Source of the DNA: Candidatus Thorarchaeota archaeon
GTDB lineage: Archaea > Asgardarchaeota > Heimdallarchaeia > Hodarchaeales > Hodarchaeaceae
Direction of reading: 5' to 3'
DNA length: 32,000 nt
Assembly (NCBI GenBank): GCA_048882505.1
Contig: JBHLRO010000005.1
Location: 1-32,000 of the forward strand
Positions 9,282 to 18,049 of the stretch are shown here, piece by piece (within the stretch, counting starts at the first letter, position 1; every line of letters starts with the position of its first letter). A model generated the notes under the pieces. The model was given only the letters and a program-made list of their open reading frames with translations. It was not told the origin of the DNA and did not search any database. The translations under genes were made by a program, and so were the position numbers.

Positions 9282-11636
9282 TCATACGAACGAGGGAGAC
9301 TGTTTTGAGAGAAATTCCCCCTTCTTGTTTCCTAGGACTCTAGATTCAAACTCATTATAATAAGCTTCGAGCTTAGAGTCAACGCTAGGAAAGCAGTCCT
9401 TTAGTGCACTCTCAAAATGCTCAAACATGATGACACGTTGGTTAAAATCCGTTCGCAGTGCGCTCATCACAGCTTCCCGACATAAGTTCTCCAGATCGGC
9501 CCCAGAATATCCAGCTGTTCTTTCTGAAAGTGAATCAAGCAGGTGATCACGTTCACCTTGAAATGGAATTTTCCTTGAGTGAATATCTAGGATTTCTCGA
9601 CGTCCTGCTTGATCTGGGGAGGGAATTAGAATTAGCTTATCTAACCTGCCTGGCCTAAGCAATGCCAAATCAAGGGCGCCTGGTCTGTTTGTGGCGCCTA
9701 TAACAAAGATATCCTGTGTATCTTCTATCCCATCCAAGAGAGTGAGGAGCTGATTTACCGTTGCATCAATCTCTCGGCCGCCATCTGATTCGTCCCCTCC
9801 TCGGCGGGGAACCATTGCATCAATTTCATCAAAAAATAGAATACAGGGCGCCAGTTTTTTTGCCTTACTAAACAGTTCTCGAACAATTCGGGCAGATTCT
9901 CCAAACCAAACAGATAACAGTTCTGGACCCTTGATTGAGATGAAAGAGGCCTCAAGTTCCGTGGCAATCGCCCTCGCCAGCAGCGTTTTCCCATTACCAG
10001 GTGGCCCATAGAGAAGGATTCCTCTAGGAGGGGTGACACCCATCTCCTTCAAAACCTGTGGCTGATGAAATTGCCATTCAAGTTGTTCTTGCAGGAGATG
10101 TTTGATTTCAGTAAGCCCTCCAATATCATTCCAATGAACATTGGGTTTTAATATGCGAGAATGGACCGTACGAAGCGCAGATGGCTCTACAGTTCGAAAA
10201 GCTTCTTCAAAGTCCTCACGGGCTACTTTGATTTCCAACATCACAGTTGGTGGAATCGAGGTTCCCCAGAGATTAATTAATTCCGCATATCGAGCAACGC
10301 AGCGCATGCAGGCCTCTTTGACAAGAGCAGCAATGTCCGTTCCTACATATCCAGTCATTCTGCTTATGTAAGACCTCAAATAATCTTCGGTAACATCATT
10401 TTCAAGTGGAACAGTTCGTAAATGAATATTAAGTATCTCCTCACGCTCTTGTTCTGATGGAACATTGCATTCCACTTCGATATCAAAGCGCCCTGGCCGG
10501 CGTACAATAGGATCGATATCATCAGCTGACTTACAGGCTCCTACAACAAATGCTCTGGTTCCTTTGAGAGTGTCCAGTCCCAACGCAAACTGGATTGAAA
10601 ACCTACGTACGTATTCTGGCAGGTTTAAATTTGGTGCAGGCGTTAGAGTATCCAGATCATCCAATATTAGTAGAGCTGGACTTTTCTGAGCGGTTTTTTG
10701 GACATCAGCAAAGAGCGTCCGGATATTCTTCTCGGTGGGCCCTACACCTGCAAAGAGGTTGGAAGGAATTCGAAATATTCGTGCGCCAGATTGGGCCATT
10801 TCAGCTGCCAATGTATCCAGTAGTAGGGTCTTACCCACCCCAGATCCACCAACAAGAAGAATTCCATGCGGAGGACTTATATTTATTGCACTAAAGACCT
10901 CAGGTCTTCTGATAGGCGTAATAACCAACTTCCTTAATCGTCGGATTACAGGTTTGAGACCTCCGATGCTCTCCCAAGAAATAGCCTCCAACTCTTTAGA
11001 ACTGGGAATAAAGGTTTTGCTAAGCTGAAACTTAGTGGTTTTAGGATTAATAATAACAATTCCATCTGGACTTGTCGCTTTAATAAATAGGGTTTCCTTT
11101 TTGAATGTATAACCAGCTAGATTAATTTGGAGTCCCGAGGACACGGGTTGGTTTTTTAACTGGTTTCTTAATTGTACCAGAAGTAAGTGGCGTTCCGCAT
11201 CATCAAGCTTCTTTGGGTCTCGTCCAACGAGAGTTACATGAACTATTTTAGCAATCGCAGGTTTCAATATTGTATCAACTTCGACGAGGTCTCCAAGAGA
11301 AAGACCTAAGGATTGCCTTACCTCCCCGTCCAATCTCGCGGTAAAAATACTCTCGCGATCTATTTCCGAATACCCCTGAAACCGACGACCTCGTGGCCTC
11401 GGAAGATCATCTTCAGAACTTTTCTTTTGTTTCTTCTCCCTTTCCAAGGGTGGTATCGACTGCTCGACCATAGGCACATCTGGTTTAACAATGACCCCGA
11501 ACCGCTTATCCTTGTGAATAACCTCAATAACTGTTTCGTCTTCCACACCAAGAATTACAAGTGCCTCTGGTGGTAAACGGATTATTCTTTTGCCAAAATC
11601 TTCAGTTTGGGGTTCTGCTAGTTCACAAGCAACCAT
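9282..11636 (-). CDS. cdc48: CDC48/VCP-type double-ring AAA+ ATPase, paralogue A (degenerate D1, intact D2)
   Basis: 784 aa. N-domain EDFGKRIIRL...RLDGEVRQSLGLSLGDLVEV. D1: GGSGVGKT, LILDDLD, RRPGRFD. D2: GPPGNGKT, FFDEID, GATNRP, RPGRLD. GGTGGT SD upstream. Confidence 0.92.
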   Translation of the reverse strand: MVACELAEPQTEDFGKRIIRLPPEALVILGVEDETVIEVIHKDKRFGVIVKPDVPMVEQSIPPLEREKKQKKSSEDDLPRPRGRRFQGYSEIDRESIFTARLDGEVRQSLGLSLGDLVEVDTILKPAIAKIVHVTLVGRDPKKLDDAERHLLLVQLRNQLKNQPVSSGLQINLAGYTFKKETLFIKATSPDGIVIINPKTTKFQLSKTFIPSSKELEAISWESIGGLKPVIRRLRKLVITPIRRPEVFSAINISPPHGILLVGGSGVGKTLLLDTLAAEMAQSGARIFRIPSNLFAGVGPTEKNIRTLFADVQKTAQKSPALLILDDLDTLTPAPNLNLPEYVRRFSIQFALGLDTLKGTRAFVVGACKSADDIDPIVRRPGRFDIEVECNVPSEQEREEILNIHLRTVPLENDVTEDYLRSYISRMTGYVGTDIAALVKEACMRCVARYAELINLWGTSIPPTVMLEIKVAREDFEEAFRTVEPSALRTVHSRILKPNVHWNDIGGLTEIKHLLQEQLEWQFHQPQVLKEMGVTPPRGILLYGPPGNGKTLLARAIATELEASFISIKGPELLSVWFGESARIVRELFSKAKKLAPCILFFDEIDAMVPRRGGDESDGGREIDATVNQLLTLLDGIEDTQDIFVIGATNRPGALDLALLRPGRLDKLILIPSPDQAGRREILDIHSRKIPFQGERDHLLDSLSERTAGYSGADLENLCREAVMSALRTDFNQRVIMFEHFESALKDCFPSVDSKLEAYYNEFESRVLGNKKGEFLSKQSPSFV

Positions 11637-11653
11637 TTCGATACCACCATTTC

Positions 11654-13924
11654 CTACACGAACGTCCTTTCTTCATTTGAATAGTCCGAAATTCGGTGTC
11701 TTTTCATCGCCTGTACCTCTACCTCGAAATATTTAACTATATTCTCGTTAATGCTCGGTCGACACTTGGCCATCGCAACATCAAAGTCTTTAAAAGAAAG
11801 GGATCGCGATGTGAAATCACGACGTAATCCAGCAAAGGCGGCCTCTCTACAAAGGTTTTCAATATCAGCTCCTGTGAAGTTTTCAGTCGATTTAGCAAGC
11901 TTCTTCAAGTCCACTGTGTCATCCAGATCCATATGACGAGTGTGTACCTCAAGGATCTTTAATCGGTTTTCCATATCTGGAATAGGGACATAAATCAGCC
12001 TGTCCAAGCGACCAGGACGGAGTAACGCTGGATCTATGGCGTTAGGTCTATTGGTAGCACCGATTACATATACGCCAGTCAGTTTTTCCATTCCATCGAG
12101 AGACGCTAGTAACTGGTTAATGATTCTGTCCCTTTCTCTTGATGAATCGGTAAATCCTCCTCCTCTTTTTCCGGCAAGAGCATCTAGCTCGTCAAAGAAA
12201 ATGATACACGGGGCCAGTTGGCGTGCTCTTTGAAATAACTCTCTTACCATCCTCGCTGACTCTGAGAACCATTTAGACAATAATTCAGGTCCTCGTACAA
12301 CTAGGAAATTCGCTTGAATCTCATTGGCAAGGGCTTTGGCAATTAGGGTCTTACCAGTTCCTGGAGGGCCATATAATAGAGCTCCTCGCGGCATTCGAAT
12401 ATTCATCTCTTGAAACACCTCAGGTTTCCGTATGGGCCATTCCACCATTTCTCGCAGTGACTGTTTAACATCTTCCAGTCCGCCCACATCCTTCCATGAA
12501 ACCAATGGAATCGATGTTGTAATTTCTCGCGTTGCTGACGGTTTTACTTCTGTTAAGGCGGTCAAAAGATCCTCCTGAGATAAGTGGATTTCAATACCAT
12601 GAGCCTTGGGATTAACCTCACTCTCCTCGCTTGAGACCTGAGCAATTTCTGGCTCCAATAAGTTCTGTCGCTCTAAAGCGTGCATGCCTGCCATTTTTAT
12701 TAGGAATTCTAGATCTGCGGGAGTGTACCCGCCGGTGTTCTTTGCTATGTCTTCTAGGTCAAGTTCCTTAGCGGGAATACCTCTAACGTGAGTTTTTAGG
12801 ATTTCCAGACGATCAAGATAATTCGGGATTGGTACTGCGATTTCAATCTCAAATCTACCTGGTACTCTTAGAGCCGGGTGAACACTATCGGCATCAGTTG
12901 TCGTAGCAATAACAATAACTTTTCGGCCACGGATGATTTTATCTAAGTTCTGAATCAGACTCATTGTTGTACGTCGTTCAAGGTCCGATAGGTGCCGACT
13001 AGGAGCCGGCGCAAGAGCTTCGACCTGATCGATAACGATCACTGCGGGTTCGTACTTGATAACATAGTCAAAATACTTGTTGACATCCTTCTCAGTTGTC
13101 CAATATCCTCTAATCATCTCAGTTGCCATGATGAAAAATCGGGTAACTCCTGATTCGCAAGAAAGAGCCCGACTTAAATGACTTTTTCCAACCCCCAATG
13201 GACCTGTAAGCAAAATTCCCTGTGCAGGTTGGATATTAAGCATTTCGAAAACCTCTGGATATCTTAACGGTAGTTCAACCAGATTTCTTAGCCGTGAAAT
13301 TAACTCAGAATGCCCTCCTACTTCGTCCCACATGACAAAGCGGTCCAGTTCATCATCTACTAGTTCCTTGGGTATTTCATTAGATATACGAACGTCCGTT
13401 TCTGGAACGATTCTTACTATCCCTGAGGGAGTTGTCGATAAAATTGCCACTTTGAGGTCCTTACCTCCGAGCAGTCGCCGAAGTTCAATTGTCTGCCCTC
13501 TAGTCACTGGTCGATTGAGCAAATACTCAATGAAAACTTTATCCTTATCTTCCATGCTGAATGTGCTTATCAGTACCTTCTTAGCTTCAGGACAAGCAGT
13601 TTTATCCAGGAAAACTTTCTGACCAATTCCTACGCCGAGGTTTGCTCGAAGGAATCCATTCAAGTGCAGAATGAGATCCCCTGTCTTACGAATTGACCGT
13701 TGAGGGGAAGGGTAGAGAGGTACTTCCGGTAGTTGGGATGGAGAACTAATTTCCTCCAGAGGTTTCAACAGGATCCCTACTTTCCTGTCTCCACTGACGA
13801 CTTCCACGACCTCTCCTTCTCTGATATCAAAATCATCAAAACGCTTTTGTGGAATTCGTCCTATATTTTTGCCGTAATCATCTTGGAAACCGTCAGCTAC
13901 CGTTGCAATAACCACTGTTGTCAC
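11654..13924 (-). CDS. cdc48: CDC48/VCP-type double-ring AAA+ ATPase, paralogue B (degenerate D1, intact D2)
   Basis: 756 aa as tracked. D1: GPLGVGKS, IVIDQVE, LRVPGRFE. D2: GPPGTGKT, FFDELD, GATNRP, RPGRLD. The true start may be GTG 13915 (MVIATVAD), which aligns with paralogue A (MVACELAE) and has an AGGTG SD. Confidence 0.92.
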   Translation of the reverse strand: MTTVVIATVADGFQDDYGKNIGRIPQKRFDDFDIREGEVVEVVSGDRKVGILLKPLEEISSPSQLPEVPLYPSPQRSIRKTGDLILHLNGFLRANLGVGIGQKVFLDKTACPEAKKVLISTFSMEDKDKVFIEYLLNRPVTRGQTIELRRLLGGKDLKVAILSTTPSGIVRIVPETDVRISNEIPKELVDDELDRFVMWDEVGGHSELISRLRNLVELPLRYPEVFEMLNIQPAQGILLTGPLGVGKSHLSRALSCESGVTRFFIMATEMIRGYWTTEKDVNKYFDYVIKYEPAVIVIDQVEALAPAPSRHLSDLERRTTMSLIQNLDKIIRGRKVIVIATTTDADSVHPALRVPGRFEIEIAVPIPNYLDRLEILKTHVRGIPAKELDLEDIAKNTGGYTPADLEFLIKMAGMHALERQNLLEPEIAQVSSEESEVNPKAHGIEIHLSQEDLLTALTEVKPSATREITTSIPLVSWKDVGGLEDVKQSLREMVEWPIRKPEVFQEMNIRMPRGALLYGPPGTGKTLIAKALANEIQANFLVVRGPELLSKWFSESARMVRELFQRARQLAPCIIFFDELDALAGKRGGGFTDSSRERDRIINQLLASLDGMEKLTGVYVIGATNRPNAIDPALLRPGRLDRLIYVPIPDMENRLKILEVHTRHMDLDDTVDLKKLAKSTENFTGADIENLCREAAFAGLRRDFTSRSLSFKDFDVAMAKCRPSINENIVKYFEVEVQAMKRHRISDYSNEERTFV

Positions 13925-14086
13925 CTAACAGATAGGATTCCTCATTCTTGCGTCTCAGTATAAGTTGTGGTTGTGGAAAGATCAGATATATATTAACGTA
14001 CGCAGACTATAATCAAAGCGAAATCAGGTTTTTCGAACTGAAGAGGTGCCTGGGTTCGCTAACGGATTATAAAATCTAAAACCAGG

Positions 14087-14120
14087 GCCGTTCAATCCTG
14101 TAAGCCGTTCAATCCTGTAA
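14087..14120. repeat. Perfect 17-bp tandem direct repeat (GCCGTTCAATCCTGTAA x2)
   Basis: Read directly: 14087-14103 and 14104-14120 are identical. Intergenic, upstream of the cdc48 pair. Confidence 0.95.
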
Positions 14121-14222
14121 GGTTTAGAAGTTTTTTCCATCCCAGGTGATACTATCTTGTAATGTCTCTAGGCCTTGAACTAGAACTCTTTTTTTGCTGT
14201 ATAATGAACCTAGGAGTCCATA

Positions 14223-15578
14223 TCAATCTTGAGAACTAACTCTCGCCACAAAAATAAGAGTACCGACAATTAAACTTAATATAACGCCCCCTAGAAAGAT
14301 CAACAGTTCGATTCCTGGATTGGGGTTTGACCAGGAGACAAAAGCGATAAGTAGATTCAACCCTGAAAGAGATCCAAAGAGCGCTGTCAATAAATTAAGG
14401 CGGCGAGTCATCCTTTTCTCTTGATCTAGGGCCAACAAGTTCATTTTGCCTCGAATATACGATGTTGCGCCTTCAACACTTCTTTCGACACTCCTCGCAA
14501 AGTCCAGCCAGGAATTGATTAACTCCAAATTAAACTGGGGCATTAACTTCTGAACAAGAGGATCCGATAACAAAGGGACTACGGGGCTCAGATGGCCTTG
14601 CATGGAGGAGAGGGTAGGTTTAATTTTGAGGAACTGTTCTTGAATGTCCTGAATATTATCCAAAAGCTCACTAAGCCTTGAAACAGTTAAATGAGGATTG
14701 ATGACCCTCATTTCGCTAGTGATAACTGACAAGTCACTTAATATATTGTCCAGAGTAGGTTTGATTGTCTCCCATTGAATCATAAGCCCTTTTTGCATAA
14801 TGAGGGTCTCGTTAATTTTTTGAAACGAGAGGGCTGGGATATGCTCTTGGCCCATGTTCACGATACATTTTTCATCAGCATAGGTACTTTCATAATCTGG
14901 CGCAAGAATATCTATAATCATGTTCTCTTCCGTTTCGAAACCCAAGTAATAGGAGGCATAATAGGACATCTTTTCATATCCCGCGTTCGAACTTACCGCG
15001 AAGAACTCTGGGGGATCCATTTGAAAATTAGTACTCAGCCACTCGAGAACATCTCGAAACAATTCCCGTAATTGAGAAAAAACCGTTGCCCCAGCTCGGG
15101 ACGGAAATCCAGCTAAACCAAAAACCAGGGGATCACGTAAGAATGAAATATTCATATCTAAAGGCCAGAAATTGTGTCTAATTGTGCAAATCCAATTTAT
15201 ATGGTGAGTAAAACTGATTTCAATCGTCCATCCGTGTTTCCACTCGTAAAGCAGGCCAAGCTGCTTAGTCGGGACTTTCTCAAGCCTAAATGCCGATCGT
15301 AAGATTTCTTCTGTAATTGCGGTTCTAAGGGGAATTACGATCTGAAATCCCGCCATAAAAACACTCCCCTCATTCCAATGTGTTAGCATGGATTCTAAAC
15401 CATGCTCAACAAAGATGCCACAGGATGGACAACAACTATAGCCAGTATGAACACGTTGGGGACAGGTATCCACGGAACCCAACGACTTGGCCACCTCACA
15501 TCTCATACAACAATGTAAAAAGTCAGGGTCGTTGTTGAGTTTCAATCCATGATTCCGAGAGAGATCGTCAAGTTTCAT
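14223..15578 (-). CDS. Uncharacterised two-TM membrane protein with CorA/DUF155-like layout and Cys/His-rich N-terminus
   Basis: 451 aa: CCxxC...C...H...CCxxC...H N-terminus, mixed alpha/beta middle, long helices, stalk ending QEKRMTRRLNLLT, then two hydrophobic helices. No GMN motif. Confidence 0.5.
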   Translation of the reverse strand: MKLDDLSRNHGLKLNNDPDFLHCCMRCEVAKSLGSVDTCPQRVHTGYSCCPSCGIFVEHGLESMLTHWNEGSVFMAGFQIVIPLRTAITEEILRSAFRLEKVPTKQLGLLYEWKHGWTIEISFTHHINWICTIRHNFWPLDMNISFLRDPLVFGLAGFPSRAGATVFSQLRELFRDVLEWLSTNFQMDPPEFFAVSSNAGYEKMSYYASYYLGFETEENMIIDILAPDYESTYADEKCIVNMGQEHIPALSFQKINETLIMQKGLMIQWETIKPTLDNILSDLSVITSEMRVINPHLTVSRLSELLDNIQDIQEQFLKIKPTLSSMQGHLSPVVPLLSDPLVQKLMPQFNLELINSWLDFARSVERSVEGATSYIRGKMNLLALDQEKRMTRRLNLLTALFGSLSGLNLLIAFVSWSNPNPGIELLIFLGGVILSLIVGTLIFVARVSSQD

Positions 15579-15823
15579 TCTTGCTCACATGGGCTGTTAG
15601 GCTCATTTATTCAGCCTTGTACCATAAAAGGACCCCTAGATGCATTCACCCGACCAGATGAGTCCATTTCCCCTCAACACTTTTTATTCTTATCCTCCTC
15701 GTTTTGAAATCTCTTCTCGTCTTAATTTTGAAAAAGGGGCGTATTCAATTCATTTCGAATAGAGATTTCACTACAGAAAAATATAGTATAACAAATCGCG
15801 ATTTTATAGAAGGTCATCCAAAA

Positions 15824-16756
15824 ATGGTACTTGAGGAGTCTTTAGGTGTTTTGCTAGCACTTTCTGCAGCTACTGCTTGGGGTGCGGCAGTAGTAATGTC
15901 AAAATCAGCGTTGAAAATTGATCACTCACTTGCCATGGTAATGGTCATTCGAGGAACTTTCGCGGTTCCATTTATCGCAACCCTTGCAGTAATCGTGTTC
16001 GGTATGGAGTCAATTTTACGATTTTTTCAACCTGACGTGTTCTGGTTGATGGTTCTCTCCTCGATTTTTGTAGGGATAGGGGATTTCTCGCTTTTTTCTG
16101 CATTAAAAAGAGTGGAAGTTTCCAAAGCTCAACCCATTACCTCAGTATATCCCCTTTTTACCGCAGTTATTCTAATCCTTTTTGGAGTGGAAGCTATTAC
16201 AGAATTTGTACTCCTAGGAACACTATCTATTGTATCTGGCGTGGGTTTAATCTCCACACAGAGATCGTCAGTCCAAGAGACGGGGACATCTATCGAAACG
16301 ATCGGATTATTGTTAGCAATTGGAGCGGCTTTTTTCTGGAGTTTTGCAATCTTGACACTCCGGATGGTTCTTACATTTTCTGAGGTACAGGTTCTGGGCC
16401 TGGCAACGGTGCGTTTTGCCATGATGACCATTCTAATGGCGGGCCTTTGGATAGCCCAAACATTTCTAATACCCCGATTTTCAAACAAGAAGGATTTTCG
16501 ACTTTTAAACATTGGGAAAAGGGATGCAATAGTTTTAGGAATCGGGGGACTTGTCACGTGGGGAATAGGCGGGGTAGCTTTCTTCTACTCAATTGATATG
16601 ATCGGTGCAGCTCGTGCAACTCCAATATCATCTATAAATCCGCTAATAGCGGTTCTCTTGGGTGTTTTGATTTTAAAAGAACGTCTAACGCGGATTCATA
16701 CCCTTGGAATCCTATTAGTTACCCTGGGAGTCATTTTCATATCGATTTTCCAATAA
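15824..16756 (+). CDS. DMT/EamA-family transporter
   Basis: Two EamA repeats, about 10 TM segments (ALKRVEVSKAQPITSVYPLF; IDMIGAARATPISSINPLIAVLLGVLILKERL). Start placed at ATG 15824. Confidence 0.88.
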   Translation: MVLEESLGVLLALSAATAWGAAVVMSKSALKIDHSLAMVMVIRGTFAVPFIATLAVIVFGMESILRFFQPDVFWLMVLSSIFVGIGDFSLFSALKRVEVSKAQPITSVYPLFTAVILILFGVEAITEFVLLGTLSIVSGVGLISTQRSSVQETGTSIETIGLLLAIGAAFFWSFAILTLRMVLTFSEVQVLGLATVRFAMMTILMAGLWIAQTFLIPRFSNKKDFRLLNIGKRDAIVLGIGGLVTWGIGGVAFFYSIDMIGAARATPISSINPLIAVLLGVLILKERLTRIHTLGILLVTLGVIFISIFQ

Positions 16757-16804
16757 ATAGATGTCCGTATTCTTGTTTCTTGATCCAGACTTGGTCTTTC
16801 AAGC

Positions 16805-17422
16805 CTACTTCTGAAAGGATTTAGGGACCATTTTAGCACTCTCAACAAACCATTTTTCACTCCGGATCTTGTGGAATGCATTGCAGTCCATTATCAGAGT
16901 AGAAAGAATTGCTGGCGATGATCTAGATTCCTTGAGAAACAACAGACAATCACTAATAGTTTGTTGCAGCGGTTTTCCTTCTCTGCTTAAGCCAGGACAT
17001 TGTTTTATCCTTCCTTCATCATCATTTAACATTTTCAAAGCAGGTTCAAGGGTTATCATGATCTTCTCGTCGACAATAACGGGAAAATAAGGATAGATAC
17101 GACATCTAAGAGGGCGATAATGATGTATGGAGCAACATAATCCAGCATTATTGGACTGAAAGAATGTACATCGCCTTGAACGAACACTGATCCAAAATTT
17201 CTCGTCTTTTAACGTTAGGTGTTCCTTTATATAATTTGGGAGGTTTTCGACCTCCGATGGCAAGTAATAGGCGTATCCACAGCACTTTGAACACTGAGCG
17301 ATACATAAGAAGTTTGCATATGCCGAATCTGATGTAAAATCAAGTATAAGTTCGCTATTCAACGCCTTTTTCAGAATCCGCTCGTTTTCTGTTGGTGACA
17401 CGATCGTTGAACTCCCTGCCAA
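16805..17422 (-). CDS. YkgJ/UPF0153 cysteine-cluster (Zn/Fe-S chelating) protein
   Basis: FLCIAQCSKCC...RRCTFF...CCSIHHYRPLRCRIYPY...CPG matches the CxxxCxxCC / RPxxCRxYP family pattern. Confidence 0.8.
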   Translation of the reverse strand: MAGSSTIVSPTENERILKKALNSELILDFTSDSAYANFLCIAQCSKCCGYAYYLPSEVENLPNYIKEHLTLKDEKFWISVRSRRCTFFQSNNAGLCCSIHHYRPLRCRIYPYFPVIVDEKIMITLEPALKMLNDDEGRIKQCPGLSREGKPLQQTISDCLLFLKESRSSPAILSTLIMDCNAFHKIRSEKWFVESAKMVPKSFQK

Positions 17423-17428
17423 ATCTGG

Positions 17429-18049
17429 CTATTTTCGGAACACTGGCACATGAAAGGTAAGGTTTGCATTGTACATAAATCGTGCTAGACTCTTTCTTAA
17501 ATTATTGGCGGTTAGTAAGGAAACACAGAAGAAAGGGGAATTCACCGCCGAATTTAAGTGATCATTCTCATGGAACCTCTGCCTTAAAGCATCACTTGAA
17601 TAATTTCGAAGGTCAGTTTTATTCCCAAAAATGCCCTGATAGATCCCATCCACTGTTAGCCGCGCCATTACACCTTTGTACAAATCCATTCCTTCAGCTA
17701 TACTCTGGTCAGCTGATACATCGACAAGAAAAATAATGGCAGTCGCACCATGAGTCATTGGGCTCCATTCTTCGTAAGAAAGCTCGTTTTCTATGATATT
17801 AATCGCTCGGAGTAGTGTATTATCCACTCTTACCTGTTCAATAGGTCTACTAGGAGCCATGGGGGCATTTTTATAGAAGATTCCTGAGTAGAGTCGATAA
17901 AGTAGAGAGGTTTTTCCAGAATTGGGTGTACCCAGAATTATTAAAGCGGGCCATTTTTCAGCTTCTTCGTAGGGGATGTCCATACCACCTGGAATAACTA
18001 TCAAAAAAACCTTTGATTCTTTCATACTAGTTTTAACAGGAGATCTCAA
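17429..18049 (-). CDS. Small GTP-binding protein, Arf-like, with degenerate G3 motif
   Basis: G1 GTPNSGKTS, IIFLVD strand, G4 FGNKTD, G5-like VSLLT. G3 DxxG is replaced by NIIEN. Start codon uncertain. Confidence 0.75.
   Translation of the reverse strand: MRSPVKTSMKESKVFLIVIPGGMDIPYEEAEKWPALIILGTPNSGKTSLLYRLYSGIFYKNAPMAPSRPIEQVRVDNTLLRAINIIENELSYEEWSPMTHGATAIIFLVDVSADQSIAEGMDLYKGVMARLTVDGIYQGIFGNKTDLRNYSSDALRQRFHENDHLNSAVNSPFFCVSLLTANNLRKSLARFMYNANLTFHVPVFRK

Noticed and set aside
14046-14089. Possible structured RNA/SECIS-like hairpin (CCTGG...CCAGG)
   Set aside because: Only about 5 contiguous base pairs, no SECIS core motif, and no in-frame TGA selenoprotein candidate nearby.
14087-14120. 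Direct repeat considered as a CRISPR remnant
   Set aside because: Only two abutting 17-bp copies, no spacers and no cas genes in the window.
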